A stretch of 56,549 nucleotides of DNA from a virus (lineage: Duplodnaviria > Caudoviricetes): the IMG/VR virus record IMGVR_UViG_3300032265_000524, positions 1-56,549 of that record, one strand, 5' to 3'. The position numbers were made by a program, and so were the translations under genes. This document shows positions 9,560-20,340 of this stretch, one piece after another (position 1 is the first letter of the stretch; each line of letters starts with the position of its first letter). The notes beneath the pieces are model-generated. The model was given only the letters and a program-made list of their open reading frames with translations. It was not told where the DNA came from and did not search any database.

Positions 9560-11248
9560 ATGGCTGCTGTTGGTCGAATTACAGGTCCGCTCTTAAAGAA
9601 TAACCTCACACGTAATGGTGTGCCGTTAGCCTTTGAGACGAACTTACTTTATCTTGATGTTGTCAACTCTCGCGTTGGTATCAACACTGCTTCTCCTACG
9701 AATGACCTTACCGTAAACGGTACAACCCGCACAACAAATTTAACAGTTCCTGGTACAAGTACACTAGGCACTATCAGCTTTTCAAGTAATAATCTTACCA
9801 GCACTAACTCAATATTAAATCTAAGTGCCAACGGCGGAACTAGTCCTGTAGTCTATCAAACTACACTTCAAGTTGGACAAATTCAGTTATCTAATAATAC
9901 TATCAGTACATTAGGTACTCAAACATTAATTAATATTGCAGCTTCTGGTACTGGTAATATTAATCTAAACGGACCTACTACAGTTAATGGTAGCCTACAC
10001 GTAACAGGAAATATTACTGCTGACGGTAATATTCAACTTGGTGCAACATTTACTATCTTGGCGTCAGGTAATTACGGTGAATACACAATCACAGTGGCCA
10101 GCGCCGCAGGTATTAATGTAGGTTATTATGTTACAGGTACAGGTATTGGAGTTGGCGCAGTTGTTACTGTTATTAACGGTAACGTACTAACTCTTAGTCA
10201 GTCAAATACATCAGCAATTAGTAATCTAGTAACAGTACAGGCAAACGTAACAGTTAGTTTTACCGGCGAAGTTGCTAGTAACCTAATACCACTGACTACC
10301 AACAGATACGATATTGGTGGTTCAAATGCGTTATGGCGTTATCTGTATGCTGAAACAATCAATGCAGGTGTAGCAAATATTGGAAATGTTACAATCAGCG
10401 GTAACACTATTACTACCAGTGTGCCTAACAGTGACTTTACACTACAAACAAACGGAACAGGCGGAGTAGTTCTAGGTAATTTGAAGATTACAGGCAGTAC
10501 AATTACCGATACAGTTGCAGATACAAATATTACGCTAACTCCGCAGGGATTAGGTACTGTTGTAATTAACAGTACAACAAGTTTACAAATTCCATCAGGT
10601 ACAGATCTACAACGTCCAGCTAGTCCTGTGGCTGGCCAAATTCGTTATAATACTGATCGATCACGCTATGAAGGCTATACTAGCGGACAATGGTTACAGC
10701 TAGGCGGCGTTATCAGCAATGACGGAGCAACTCGCATTACACCTGAGCTAACTCCAGGTACAGCTGATAACACAATAAGATTTTATAATAATAATGCAAT
10801 AACAGTTACTATTGATAATACTAAACTGTATACTCCAACTATACAAACAAGTAATTTACAGGTAACCAACTCAACAATTTCTAGCTTGTCGGCTGGAACA
10901 GATATTAATATTACTACAACTGGTACCGGTGGTGTAGTATTAGGTAATTTAAGGTACTATCAAAACAGCCTTACAAATATTCAATCAGGCGGCGTTACAC
11001 TCTTTAGCCAAACAGGTACAGGTTATGTAAAACTTGCAGGTACTAACGGAGTAGTTTTACCAGTAGGTAATTCGACTACTGATAGACCGGTTGTATATGA
11101 AATAGGTATGATTCGATTTAACACCGATTCGCAGTATGTGGAAGTTTGGAACGGTACAGCATGGACATCAGTTGCAGGTACTAGCGCAGGTGTTACTGCG
11201 GCAACAGCACAAGACATCGGCATCGCAATAGCGATATCATTAGGATAA
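9560..11248 (+). CDS. fibre/baseplate-associated structural protein, paralog of 6006..9386
   Basis: GRITGPLLKNNLTRNG vs GRISGNLLANNLTRNG; ITPELTPGTADNTIRF vs VTPELTPGLADNTLRF; NGTGGV.L repeats; two RP...G.IR(Y/F)NTD motifs. Confidence 0.75.
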   Translation: MAAVGRITGPLLKNNLTRNGVPLAFETNLLYLDVVNSRVGINTASPTNDLTVNGTTRTTNLTVPGTSTLGTISFSSNNLTSTNSILNLSANGGTSPVVYQTTLQVGQIQLSNNTISTLGTQTLINIAASGTGNINLNGPTTVNGSLHVTGNITADGNIQLGATFTILASGNYGEYTITVASAAGINVGYYVTGTGIGVGAVVTVINGNVLTLSQSNTSAISNLVTVQANVTVSFTGEVASNLIPLTTNRYDIGGSNALWRYLYAETINAGVANIGNVTISGNTITTSVPNSDFTLQTNGTGGVVLGNLKITGSTITDTVADTNITLTPQGLGTVVINSTTSLQIPSGTDLQRPASPVAGQIRYNTDRSRYEGYTSGQWLQLGGVISNDGATRITPELTPGTADNTIRFYNNNAITVTIDNTKLYTPTIQTSNLQVTNSTISSLSAGTDINITTTGTGGVVLGNLRYYQNSLTNIQSGGVTLFSQTGTGYVKLAGTNGVVLPVGNSTTDRPVVYEIGMIRFNTDSQYVEVWNGTAWTSVAGTSAGVTAATAQDIGIAIAISLG

Positions 11249-11252
11249 GACA

Positions 11253-11840
11253 ATGGCAACAACATTTGGTAACGCTTTATTTCCGTCAATCGGACCAACA
11301 GCAACAGTAACTACAACTGCTACTTCAAGTACATCTAGTGGAATAGTATTAACCAGCATTGTTGGATTAATTCCAGGAATGCCTATTACATTCTCAGGTG
11401 TAACAGCATTTGGTGGCATTACACTAAATCAGCAATACTATATCACTGCTATTAACTCAACAAATAGTTCAGTAACAGTGAGCATACAGTCTGGTGGTAG
11501 TAATATTACAACAGTAACAGGAACAGGTTCATTAACAGCCACTATCGTTGGCGCAACAACAATTATATCATCGGCAGCTAATGCAAGAATTACTGTTGTG
11601 GGTTTAACTTTAACAAACACAACTCCTAATCTTGTACAGGCAACAGTATATTTGATAGATGGAACTAGCAATAATAAGGCAGCTAGCTATGCGTATGGCA
11701 TTACTATTCCAGCTAATCAAAGTTTAAAATTAATCAACGGCGGCGAAAAACTAGTATTAGGACCAAGTATGTCAGTCAATGTTACTAGTTCAATAGCAAG
11801 CAGTATCGACTGCGTTGGCAGTTACGTAACGATACAATAA
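11253..11840 (+). CDS. small structural protein with an inserted beta module
   Basis: TVVGLTLTN...IPANQSL...GEKLVL core plus an ~80-aa insert (GMPITFSG..FGGI..QQYYI). Confidence 0.65.
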   Translation: MATTFGNALFPSIGPTATVTTTATSSTSSGIVLTSIVGLIPGMPITFSGVTAFGGITLNQQYYITAINSTNSSVTVSIQSGGSNITTVTGTGSLTATIVGATTIISSAANARITVVGLTLTNTTPNLVQATVYLIDGTSNNKAASYAYGITIPANQSLKLINGGEKLVLGPSMSVNVTSSIASSIDCVGSYVTIQ

Positions 11841-11853
11841 CAAGGAATAGATC

Positions 11854-12246
11854 ATGGCAGGTACTCCATTTTACGCAGGCGAATTTAATCAACAAGATAA
11901 TTTAGGAACAGGTAATCCTAGATTTTTCTACGCCTTACGCAGAACACAAGACGGCGGTCTTTATTTTGATAAAATTGATCAGTTGACCAGTAACGAAGGT
12001 ATTAGCATTAACGTAGCAGGCCCGGCTGAAAATAACTTTGAAGCATTTGAGTGGGGTGTTGATTTCTTTGACGGACGTTTAGCATCCGATCACAGCCGCC
12101 CATATCCAAATTTAAACTTTGATCAATATCGATGGGATCAAAGAAATATGTATTATTACATTAATAGTGCCGGAGTATTAGTAGCTAGAGTAAATCAGAC
12201 TTATAACTACAATACCGCAACAACAACATACAATTACGTTAGTTAA
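11854..12246 (+). CDS. hypothetical protein, probably virion-associated
   Basis: 130-aa ORF with aaggaa RBS in the structural operon; aromatic-rich. Confidence 0.6.
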   Translation: MAGTPFYAGEFNQQDNLGTGNPRFFYALRRTQDGGLYFDKIDQLTSNEGISINVAGPAENNFEAFEWGVDFFDGRLASDHSRPYPNLNFDQYRWDQRNMYYYINSAGVLVARVNQTYNYNTATTTYNYVS

Positions 12247-12268
12247 TTTTACTAAAAATCTATATTGA

Positions 12269-12274
12269 TAAGTA
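12269..12274 (+). promoter_or_regulatory. variant late promoter box (TAAGTA)
   Basis: One mismatch to TAAATA, at an equivalent position upstream of a structural gene. Confidence 0.4.
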
Positions 12275-12296
12275 ACTAATAAGACAGGAATTTAAT

Positions 12297-15200
12297 ATGC
12301 CAGAGTTTAGAATAAGTAGTTTACGATACAGTTATAAAGGTGCTTGGCAAGCAAGTACCTCTTACACCACTGATAATATTGTTACCTATCAAGGTAATAC
12401 GTATGTTTGTCAAGCTGTTCATACTTCAACTTCAAGTTTCAACACAGACCTAAACACTGTTGTTGTTATCAGCGGCCTTAACTACAACATCTGGTTGCTG
12501 TTAGTACCTGGACATATTTGGCAGAAAAATTGGACACCTAGCACTTATTATTTTACTAATAATATTGTTTTATATCACGGTGCTCTTTACACCTGTACAA
12601 CTCAGCATACCAGTACTTCGTCGTTTGATGTAACTAAGTTTAGCATACTTGCTACCTTGGCAAACTGGAATAATGTTTGGACTACCGGCACAATTTATGC
12701 AATTGGCGATGTAGTCAAGTACGGTGGTATTGTTTATAGTTGCGCAACAGCACATACCTCGGCTGCCACAGCAGTACTAGGCCTCGAAGCTAATATTGCC
12801 AACTGGATTGTTGTTGATAACGGTATTCAATATACTGGTGCATGGACCGCTAGTAGACGTTACAAGGCTAATGATCTTGTAAAATTAAATGCTGACGTTT
12901 ATATTTGTTCAACATACCATACATCAACTTCAACATTTGATCCAACTAAGTTTACACTATATCTACCAGGCGAGCAATATAGCAACACATGGGATGCCGC
13001 GGTAGTATATCAACCAGGTGATGTAGTTAAATACGGCGGTTATGATTACGTAGGTGTTACAAATAACAACACTAATAATGTTCCATCGACTGATGCAACA
13101 GATTGGACACTGCTAACGCAGGGTTATGAATTTATGAATGACTGGTCATCATCGGTCAATTATAAAGTTGGTGATGTTGTAAGAAGAAGCGGTCAATTAG
13201 TTGTTGCAACTGTTGACCATTCAGGGCAAGATCCTGTAGCCTACGGTGTTACTACAACATACACAGCTTCCGGTAGTTCAGGTACAACATTAAAAGTAGC
13301 AGTTACAACTGGTATCACACCGGGAATGTATATTCAAGGTGTTGGTTTCAATGCAGGACAAACTGTTCTAAGAGTTGTAAGTTTTGGAACGCTACTAATC
13401 AGTGCGGCACCAAACGCAACACCAGTTGATGGCCAAACAATTTCCTTCCAAGGTATCAATCCTTTATTTTGGTCAGTCTCTGTACCAGGTACTGCTTGGA
13501 AAAATCGTTGGGCTGTAGGTACATCATACGCCATCGGCGATATCGCAGTTTGGCAAAATGCAACATATCGTTGCACACGTAGTCATGCGGCACTAAGCGG
13601 TAATAGACCAGATTTAGACACTACAAACACATACTGGGTTACTCTAGTACTACACGCAAGACACAATGCCGGTAATACTACAGGCGATTTAACCTATGCT
13701 GACTACAACGCTCAACAACAAATTGTAAACGTTGCGTTACCTATTGGTCCAGAAGGACAAGAACTAAGAGCTAGTGTACAGGCAGATGGTTCTATTGTAC
13801 CTAAATGGAATCAGATTAATCAATCAACTAACGTATTTTATGTTGCTACTACTGGTATAGACAACTATGTAACTAACGGTACGACCCAAGATACCCCATT
13901 TAAAACTATCAAGTATGCTTGTGATTTTATAGGTAAAGGCGCATTTAATCGTAATGCAACTTCCTTATTAACACTTAATAAAGAATGGATTGCACAAGAA
14001 GTCTATAACTTCATGGTGTATCAGTCAGCTAACAACATATATCCGTTTACTTCTAGCTATATCACCGATCCCGTTAAGACTCCACGTGATATACGACTAA
14101 TTGTTGATGCAGTTATTAACGATTTAGGACGCGGAGGTAATAGTCAGAGTATTGCCGCTGCTAAATCTTATTTTAATCAAGAAAATCAGGATCTATGGTA
14201 TAATACTGCGGTTGGTCTTGATTCAACTTATTATATTCCTGCATTAAATTATTTAAAAACTCTGTTAGACAGTGCTGTAAATCAATCAGCCCCAGCAAGT
14301 AATTACCAAACACTGAACGGAGTATCACAAAAGGTCAATCAAACAGTTGGACAAACTAACTCCGAAGCTGGTGCAGTTGCTACTGTAGATACACTAGTTG
14401 GTTATGTTATAACAGCAATTACAAATGCTACTGGTAATAACTTGCCAGTACCTAATACTGGATTATCATGCACAGTATTTGTTAAGACCGGCACATATCC
14501 AGAAACATTACCGATTGTTGTTCCAGAAACATGCGCTATTGTCGGCGACGAACTACGCGGTACTGTTGTGCAACCTAAATTAATTATTAATACAACAATA
14601 TCAGCATCTGCTAGCGGAACTAATAAATTTACAGCAGCATCAACTGCCGGCATGTATGATCGTTGCCCGGTACAGTTTGTAACTAGCAACCCAGACACTC
14701 CATTAAATATAGTTCCATTTGAAATTGTAGCAACAGCATTTACTGGATTTGTTACAGGAACAACATTAACAGTTACAGAAGTCACTAAAGGTACACTACA
14801 ATCTGGATTTACTCTAGTAGCCCCGGGATTAGTAATTGGTACAAAACTTACCGGACAACTAAGCAGTACAGAAACAGCTAATGCACCTAACGGCAAGGGA
14901 ACATACAGTCTAAGCGGAGATATGCAAAATTTAGCGCAAACTGTGTTTACTGGCGGTACAATGACCGCAGGTCAAACATACTATGTAATTGGTGCTACAT
15001 TAACATCAACAACATTCCAAGTCAGTGCCACACCAGGCGGCGCCGCTGTGCAACTAGTAGGCGGCACTGGTCTAATGCAAGTATTTGGTGGTGATGCTAT
15101 TCAAGATATGTTCCGTATGCGTAATGCAACTGGCCTGCGTAATATGACATTTGTAGGCAAGCTAGGAACCTTAACAGCAGCCAACACATTTGGAACACAA

Positions 15201-18200
15201 CGTCCAACTGGTGGTTCGTATGTTGCTCTAGATCCAGGTACTGGTCCTAACGATACAAATGCATGGATTATTCGTCGATCACCATATATTCAAAACGTAA
15301 CAACATTTGGTATTGGTTGTACAGGATTTAAAATTGACGGTAGTTTACACAACGGTGGTAATAAGTCAATGGTGTCTAATGACTTTACACAAATTATTCA
15401 AGACGGTATTGGTGTTTGGTGTATAGGAACAGGTGCATTAACTGAGTGTATCTCTGTGTTCTCATACTATTCATATTGCGCCTACTATGCTGAAGCAGGC
15501 GGTAAGATACGTGCTGCCAATGGTAACTCATCATACGGAGTATATGGAGCCATTGCTGAAGGATATGATACTACAGAAAGTCCTATTACGGGTAAGGTTT
15601 ATAACCGATTCTTTGGTGCTACTGCCACTGTTCAAAGTGCGTTTGGTGCCAATGCTAATCTATTGAGCATTACATATCAAAACTCAGGACAACAATATAC
15701 TCAAGCAACTACTAACTTGATCAAATATAGTGGAAACTATCTTGGACAGTTTAGCAGCCAGCAATGGAAAGATACTAACGATATTCCAACATTATCAAGT
15801 CCTAAATTATTATTACAGATTAATCAAACAAGCCCTGACGGAAATGTTAATGCTTGGACTGCATCAAGTTTTGATTCTAGTATCGGTATTGCACAAACAG
15901 TGACAATTCCAACAACTGGCGGATCATATGCAGCAGTAGGTGTTGTTAATATAGCAAGTTCCGGAGTCGGCGCATTGTTCAATGTGTCAGTGAGTGCTAC
16001 TGCATTTACTGTAACATTAAACTTTGCTGGTGCACCTAACGCAGGATATTCTATAGGCGACACTTTTAAAATTCTTGGTAGCTCAGTAGGTGGCTTAGAT
16101 AACGTACACGATATTATTATCACAGTGAGTACCTTGACTGCAAGTGCCAGTTCAATTGCAACATTTACATACGGTGGCGCAGTGCCTAGCGGCGCCGCAA
16201 TGAATTATGTTCTTAGTCAATACATCTATCAAGGAACAAGTCCAACTGTTAATCTAACAGCTACATTTGGTTCATCATACGTATCTGGAATTACATATAA
16301 TTTTGCAGCCAATACAGTTACACCATTCTCAACAGGTGGCGGATTTACTCCAATAACATATGGAGTTGTAAATCAAAATAACGGTTGGTTTAGAATTTGG
16401 TTTGCAGCATACGACCCATCAGCTGCACAAACAACATTGAAATTCACAATCTACCCAAGTGCTGTAAATAGCCAGACTACTAAGTTATACGGTTCACAAC
16501 TAGAAAGAAATACCACTTCGCTAGGATTTTATCTAACAACAAATGATAATACGTTTACTGCATTTGCAGACTATATTATCACAGGTGCTGGTAATTCAGT
16601 TCAGACAGTGGGTGAAGAATTGAGAACTAACGGGGTATTCCAAACACGTCAAACTGATCCAGGTACTGGAGTTGGCGGTCAAGGATATCTAACAGCCAGT
16701 AACGATGCGCAAGCTGGTACAGTACAGTATGTAACATTGTCACAAGCAGATAGTAATCAACCAACTAACTATGTTGGTATGCGTGTGTTTATTAACTCTG
16801 GCACAGGTGCTGGACAATATGGATATATTTCAAACTACAATGTAACAACAAAAAATGCGTATGTCTTGAAAGAGTCATTTACAAACTTACAAGTCACGGC
16901 TACCAGTAGTTTAAATAATTATCTAACATTGGCCGCTGGATCAAGTTTAGGTCAACTATATGTAGGACAGCCAATACAATTCATTCCAACATATTATACA
17001 ACTACAGTAACAGCATCTAGTCAAACAACCATAGCAATTACATCAAGTCAAGGTGGCAGCGGAGGCGGCTCCGGTCAACCAAACTGTTTCTATACATCAA
17101 ATACTGCTCAACTTACTGTTGGTATGCCTGTACAGTTTACCGGTAATACTTTTGGTGGTGTTATTACAAACTATCAATATTATGTATCAGCAATAGTTGA
17201 CAGTAATAATTTCCAGGTAGCAGTAACACTGGCACTAGTTCCAATTAGTCTAAGCACAGTAGCTAGTGGTAGCATGGGCATGGCAATTCCAGGCGGAACT
17301 AATTATCTAACTGCTACATCAACAGCAAACATGACACCATGTATGCCAGTACAGTTTACTGGTTCAACTCTTGGCGGTGGCAATATTACTAACGGTACTA
17401 TCTACTATGTACAAGATGTAATTGATAGCACTACATTTAGTATAGCGAATGCGTTAACAGTGATTTCAGTCTCAACTACAGATCAACCATCTGGCCTGTT
17501 AACTACTGCAAGCACTACTAACCTGCTGGCATTAACTCCAATTATCTTTACTGGTACAGTAATTGGCGGACTAGTATCTGGTCAGAAATATTACATTTCT
17601 GTTATTTCAAGTAACGGAACACAATTTAGTCTTTGCTCGTCATTAAGAATAACAACAGCAACCGCTACCAACGGTACTAATAGTCGAATATCTGTTGCAT
17701 CAACCGCAGGTATGGTGGTTGGTAACCCTATTAGATTTATTGGAAATACGTTTGGCGGTATTACAGCTACTCAAGTATACTATGTTGCTGGTGTGTTTAC
17801 TGGAGCAATTACAATCGCCACTACGCCAGGTGGCGGTGCGTTCCCTGTACAAAACGGTGCAGGAGCATTAATTGTTAACACTTCTGGTACTGCTGTAACA
17901 TTAACAGCAAACACCGGTGGAGCAATGATAGGAACAACAACTAGTGCTAAGATTGCGTTGTCTTACACAACAGGTGCAATGAACACCATCTACTCAACAA
18001 GTTTATTTGGTGGTGTAATAGCTGGTCAAACATATTATATTCTTAATATTGTACCAGGTACTCCAAACAATATTCAAATATCAACAACTCCATCAGGCGG
18101 CGCTCTACCAGTTAATTTAAATGCAGGTACTGGAAATATGCAATTTGGTTGGGTAGGTTGGGACCATGTTAATCCAGGAACTCCTGCAGTGGCTAGTTTA

Positions 18201-20282
18201 GATATTACCAGCGTATACTTTATTGAACCAAGGTTAACATACAGTCTTCCTGCATTCAGTCAACAAGTAGGTAACGCTGTGGTATTAGCTTCTGGAACAT
18301 ATTCCGGTATTGCCTATAGCAACTACATGTGGATGGCCATTGCTAATGCTGGTAATAGTGTTAGCGTAACTACAGACGGAACAACATGGACATCTCAAAT
18401 ATTACCAATTGCAGGCACTTGGTCTAGTATTGCAGGCGGTAATAAAACTTGGGTTATTTTACAAACCGGTTCACAACAGGCGTTATATTCAAACAATAAT
18501 GGAGCAGTCTTTCAAATATCAAATCTTCCATCATTGAATACTTGGTCGTCTGTACAGTACGGTAACAACTTTTATGTAGCACTAGCCGCTGGTACAAATG
18601 CAAGTGCATGGTCAAAAGACTACGGACAATCATGGTCTGGGATATCATTACCACAGACCGGGGCATGGTCTAACATTGCCTACGGCGCAGGTACGTTTGT
18701 TACGCTAGCACAATCATCGACTACATACGGTTATATTGCAACTCAAGGTACATCAACAATTACAGGTTGGTCTATTGGTACATTACCAATTGGTAACAAC
18801 TGGACAAGTATCTGTTACGGCGGCGGTAAATTTGTAGCAATTTCAAATCCAGCAGGATCGCCAATATACAGCTTTGATGGTATTACATGGAATATAAGTC
18901 CGTTTAGTTTCTCAGCTGATAAAATTACATATGGCCAAGGAGTGTTTGTGGCAGTAAGTGCATCAACAGGTGCAGCATATACCAGTGAAGACGGTATCAT
19001 CTGGACTACACAGACTATAGCGGCTAGCGGGTATCAAGGATTAGCATTTGGATATACTGCGTCAACTGCGGCATCACCATATAATGGTGTATTTGTAAGT
19101 ATTTCTGGTGATGCTAGTTCATCATCACAAATATTTGCAGGATGTCGTGCTAAAGGTCGAGGTGTTATATTCTCGGGAGTCATGTCAAGCGTCAATATGT
19201 TTGAACCTGGTTCAAACTATGCTGCTGGTACTGGCGCAGGCAGTGCATCTTTAACAATATTTGACCCTAACGTTACAATATTATCGGCACCTGTTCCAAG
19301 ATTAGGTAGTATGACATTATCAGGGCCGACATTTGCTAATAGAGGTTTAGGTTATAATACTAACACTACAACAATTTACATTAACGGTTCAGGATATGCT
19401 GATAACTATCAGACAGGTCTTAACTTATATGTTAGCAACTTGTCATTAGCAGTTAGACCAGGTGATGATTTAACAATTACTGGCGATCCAAACATTTATA
19501 AAGTAACAAGCTGTTTAATTTTAAATGGTACGGTGGCACCAAATATCACAGCATTACTAACCGTGAGCCCGGGAATACTAACATCATTAGCAACTGCTAA
19601 TGGTACCAACTTTATTATCAGAGAGAAATATAGTCAGTGTCGTATGACCAACCATGATTTCCTAAATATTGGATATGGAGATCAATACCAGTCTAACTAC
19701 CCAGGAGTACCGTTATCAACGAGCCTAGGCGTTACTGGAGTTGCAGCTGGAAATCAAACAGTTGAAATCAACTACGGACGTATCTTCTTTTCGTCCACTG
19801 ACCAAGACGGTAACTTCAAAGTTGGTAATTTGTTTGCTGTTCAACAGGCAACTGGTACTGTTACGATTAGTGCATCACAGTTTAATCTAAGCGGATTGAC
19901 AAAATTGACACTACAAGGTGTTGCAATTGGTTCAAGTCAGATCGTTATTACACAATTTAGTACAGATGCAACATTCGTAGCTAACTCAGATGCGATTGTT
20001 CCTACACAAAAGGCTATTAGAAGCTATCTAAGTGCTCGTTTGAGTCAGGGTGGTTCTAACACAAGTACTGGACAAGTTACATCAGGTGACGTAATTATTG
20101 GTGGACCTAATGTAATTGATAACAGTATTAGACAAATATCAGGACCAAAAGCAAACTTAGCAAGCATTAAGTTCCAATCTAAAGCTAATTTCAACGGTAA
20201 CAACGGATTTGGTCAACTAGACGGAAACGCATTTGCGTTTGATTTCTTCATTAAGAACGGTTCTCAACGAGGCAGTTTCTAA
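12297..20282 (+). CDS. giant fibre/appendage protein (2661 aa): CBM5/12-like repeats, split pectin-lyase-like beta-helix, beta-propeller-like repeats
   Basis: N-terminal W....Y..GD.V.Y.G..Y.C...H repeats; VKTGTYPETLP...GDELRGT and SPYIQNVT...ANGNSSYG beta-helix motifs; W..I.YG.G.FV..S.DG..W blades; C-terminal HDFL.IG...STDQDGNF.VG. Confidence 0.8.
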   Translation: MPEFRISSLRYSYKGAWQASTSYTTDNIVTYQGNTYVCQAVHTSTSSFNTDLNTVVVISGLNYNIWLLLVPGHIWQKNWTPSTYYFTNNIVLYHGALYTCTTQHTSTSSFDVTKFSILATLANWNNVWTTGTIYAIGDVVKYGGIVYSCATAHTSAATAVLGLEANIANWIVVDNGIQYTGAWTASRRYKANDLVKLNADVYICSTYHTSTSTFDPTKFTLYLPGEQYSNTWDAAVVYQPGDVVKYGGYDYVGVTNNNTNNVPSTDATDWTLLTQGYEFMNDWSSSVNYKVGDVVRRSGQLVVATVDHSGQDPVAYGVTTTYTASGSSGTTLKVAVTTGITPGMYIQGVGFNAGQTVLRVVSFGTLLISAAPNATPVDGQTISFQGINPLFWSVSVPGTAWKNRWAVGTSYAIGDIAVWQNATYRCTRSHAALSGNRPDLDTTNTYWVTLVLHARHNAGNTTGDLTYADYNAQQQIVNVALPIGPEGQELRASVQADGSIVPKWNQINQSTNVFYVATTGIDNYVTNGTTQDTPFKTIKYACDFIGKGAFNRNATSLLTLNKEWIAQEVYNFMVYQSANNIYPFTSSYITDPVKTPRDIRLIVDAVINDLGRGGNSQSIAAAKSYFNQENQDLWYNTAVGLDSTYYIPALNYLKTLLDSAVNQSAPASNYQTLNGVSQKVNQTVGQTNSEAGAVATVDTLVGYVITAITNATGNNLPVPNTGLSCTVFVKTGTYPETLPIVVPETCAIVGDELRGTVVQPKLIINTTISASASGTNKFTAASTAGMYDRCPVQFVTSNPDTPLNIVPFEIVATAFTGFVTGTTLTVTEVTKGTLQSGFTLVAPGLVIGTKLTGQLSSTETANAPNGKGTYSLSGDMQNLAQTVFTGGTMTAGQTYYVIGATLTSTTFQVSATPGGAAVQLVGGTGLMQVFGGDAIQDMFRMRNATGLRNMTFVGKLGTLTAANTFGTQRPTGGSYVALDPGTGPNDTNAWIIRRSPYIQNVTTFGIGCTGFKIDGSLHNGGNKSMVSNDFTQIIQDGIGVWCIGTGALTECISVFSYYSYCAYYAEAGGKIRAANGNSSYGVYGAIAEGYDTTESPITGKVYNRFFGATATVQSAFGANANLLSITYQNSGQQYTQATTNLIKYSGNYLGQFSSQQWKDTNDIPTLSSPKLLLQINQTSPDGNVNAWTASSFDSSIGIAQTVTIPTTGGSYAAVGVVNIASSGVGALFNVSVSATAFTVTLNFAGAPNAGYSIGDTFKILGSSVGGLDNVHDIIITVSTLTASASSIATFTYGGAVPSGAAMNYVLSQYIYQGTSPTVNLTATFGSSYVSGITYNFAANTVTPFSTGGGFTPITYGVVNQNNGWFRIWFAAYDPSAAQTTLKFTIYPSAVNSQTTKLYGSQLERNTTSLGFYLTTNDNTFTAFADYIITGAGNSVQTVGEELRTNGVFQTRQTDPGTGVGGQGYLTASNDAQAGTVQYVTLSQADSNQPTNYVGMRVFINSGTGAGQYGYISNYNVTTKNAYVLKESFTNLQVTATSSLNNYLTLAAGSSLGQLYVGQPIQFIPTYYTTTVTASSQTTIAITSSQGGSGGGSGQPNCFYTSNTAQLTVGMPVQFTGNTFGGVITNYQYYVSAIVDSNNFQVAVTLALVPISLSTVASGSMGMAIPGGTNYLTATSTANMTPCMPVQFTGSTLGGGNITNGTIYYVQDVIDSTTFSIANALTVISVSTTDQPSGLLTTASTTNLLALTPIIFTGTVIGGLVSGQKYYISVISSNGTQFSLCSSLRITTATATNGTNSRISVASTAGMVVGNPIRFIGNTFGGITATQVYYVAGVFTGAITIATTPGGGAFPVQNGAGALIVNTSGTAVTLTANTGGAMIGTTTSAKIALSYTTGAMNTIYSTSLFGGVIAGQTYYILNIVPGTPNNIQISTTPSGGALPVNLNAGTGNMQFGWVGWDHVNPGTPAVASLDITSVYFIEPRLTYSLPAFSQQVGNAVVLASGTYSGIAYSNYMWMAIANAGNSVSVTTDGTTWTSQILPIAGTWSSIAGGNKTWVILQTGSQQALYSNNNGAVFQISNLPSLNTWSSVQYGNNFYVALAAGTNASAWSKDYGQSWSGISLPQTGAWSNIAYGAGTFVTLAQSSTTYGYIATQGTSTITGWSIGTLPIGNNWTSICYGGGKFVAISNPAGSPIYSFDGITWNISPFSFSADKITYGQGVFVAVSASTGAAYTSEDGIIWTTQTIAASGYQGLAFGYTASTAASPYNGVFVSISGDASSSSQIFAGCRAKGRGVIFSGVMSSVNMFEPGSNYAAGTGAGSASLTIFDPNVTILSAPVPRLGSMTLSGPTFANRGLGYNTNTTTIYINGSGYADNYQTGLNLYVSNLSLAVRPGDDLTITGDPNIYKVTSCLILNGTVAPNITALLTVSPGILTSLATANGTNFIIREKYSQCRMTNHDFLNIGYGDQYQSNYPGVPLSTSLGVTGVAAGNQTVEINYGRIFFSSTDQDGNFKVGNLFAVQQATGTVTISASQFNLSGLTKLTLQGVAIGSSQIVITQFSTDATFVANSDAIVPTQKAIRSYLSARLSQGGSNTSTGQVTSGDVIIGGPNVIDNSIRQISGPKANLASIKFQSKANFNGNNGFGQLDGNAFAFDFFIKNGSQRGSF
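19797..19858 (+). repeat. 62-bp dispersed repeat, copy 1 (copy 2 at 36262-36323)
   Basis: actgaccaagacggtaacttcaaagttggtaatttgtttgctgttcaacaggcaactggtac; 59/62 identical to copy 2. Confidence 0.85.
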
Positions 20283-20310
20283 GTGGAAAAAGCAAAAACC
20301 AAGCAGAGCA

Positions 20311-20316
20311 TAAATA
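20311..20316 (+). promoter_or_regulatory. late promoter box (TAAATA)
   Basis: caTAAATAtaat, 25 nt upstream of the 5446-aa gene. Confidence 0.65.
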
Positions 20317-20340
20317 TAATATCAAGAGGAATGTAATAAA

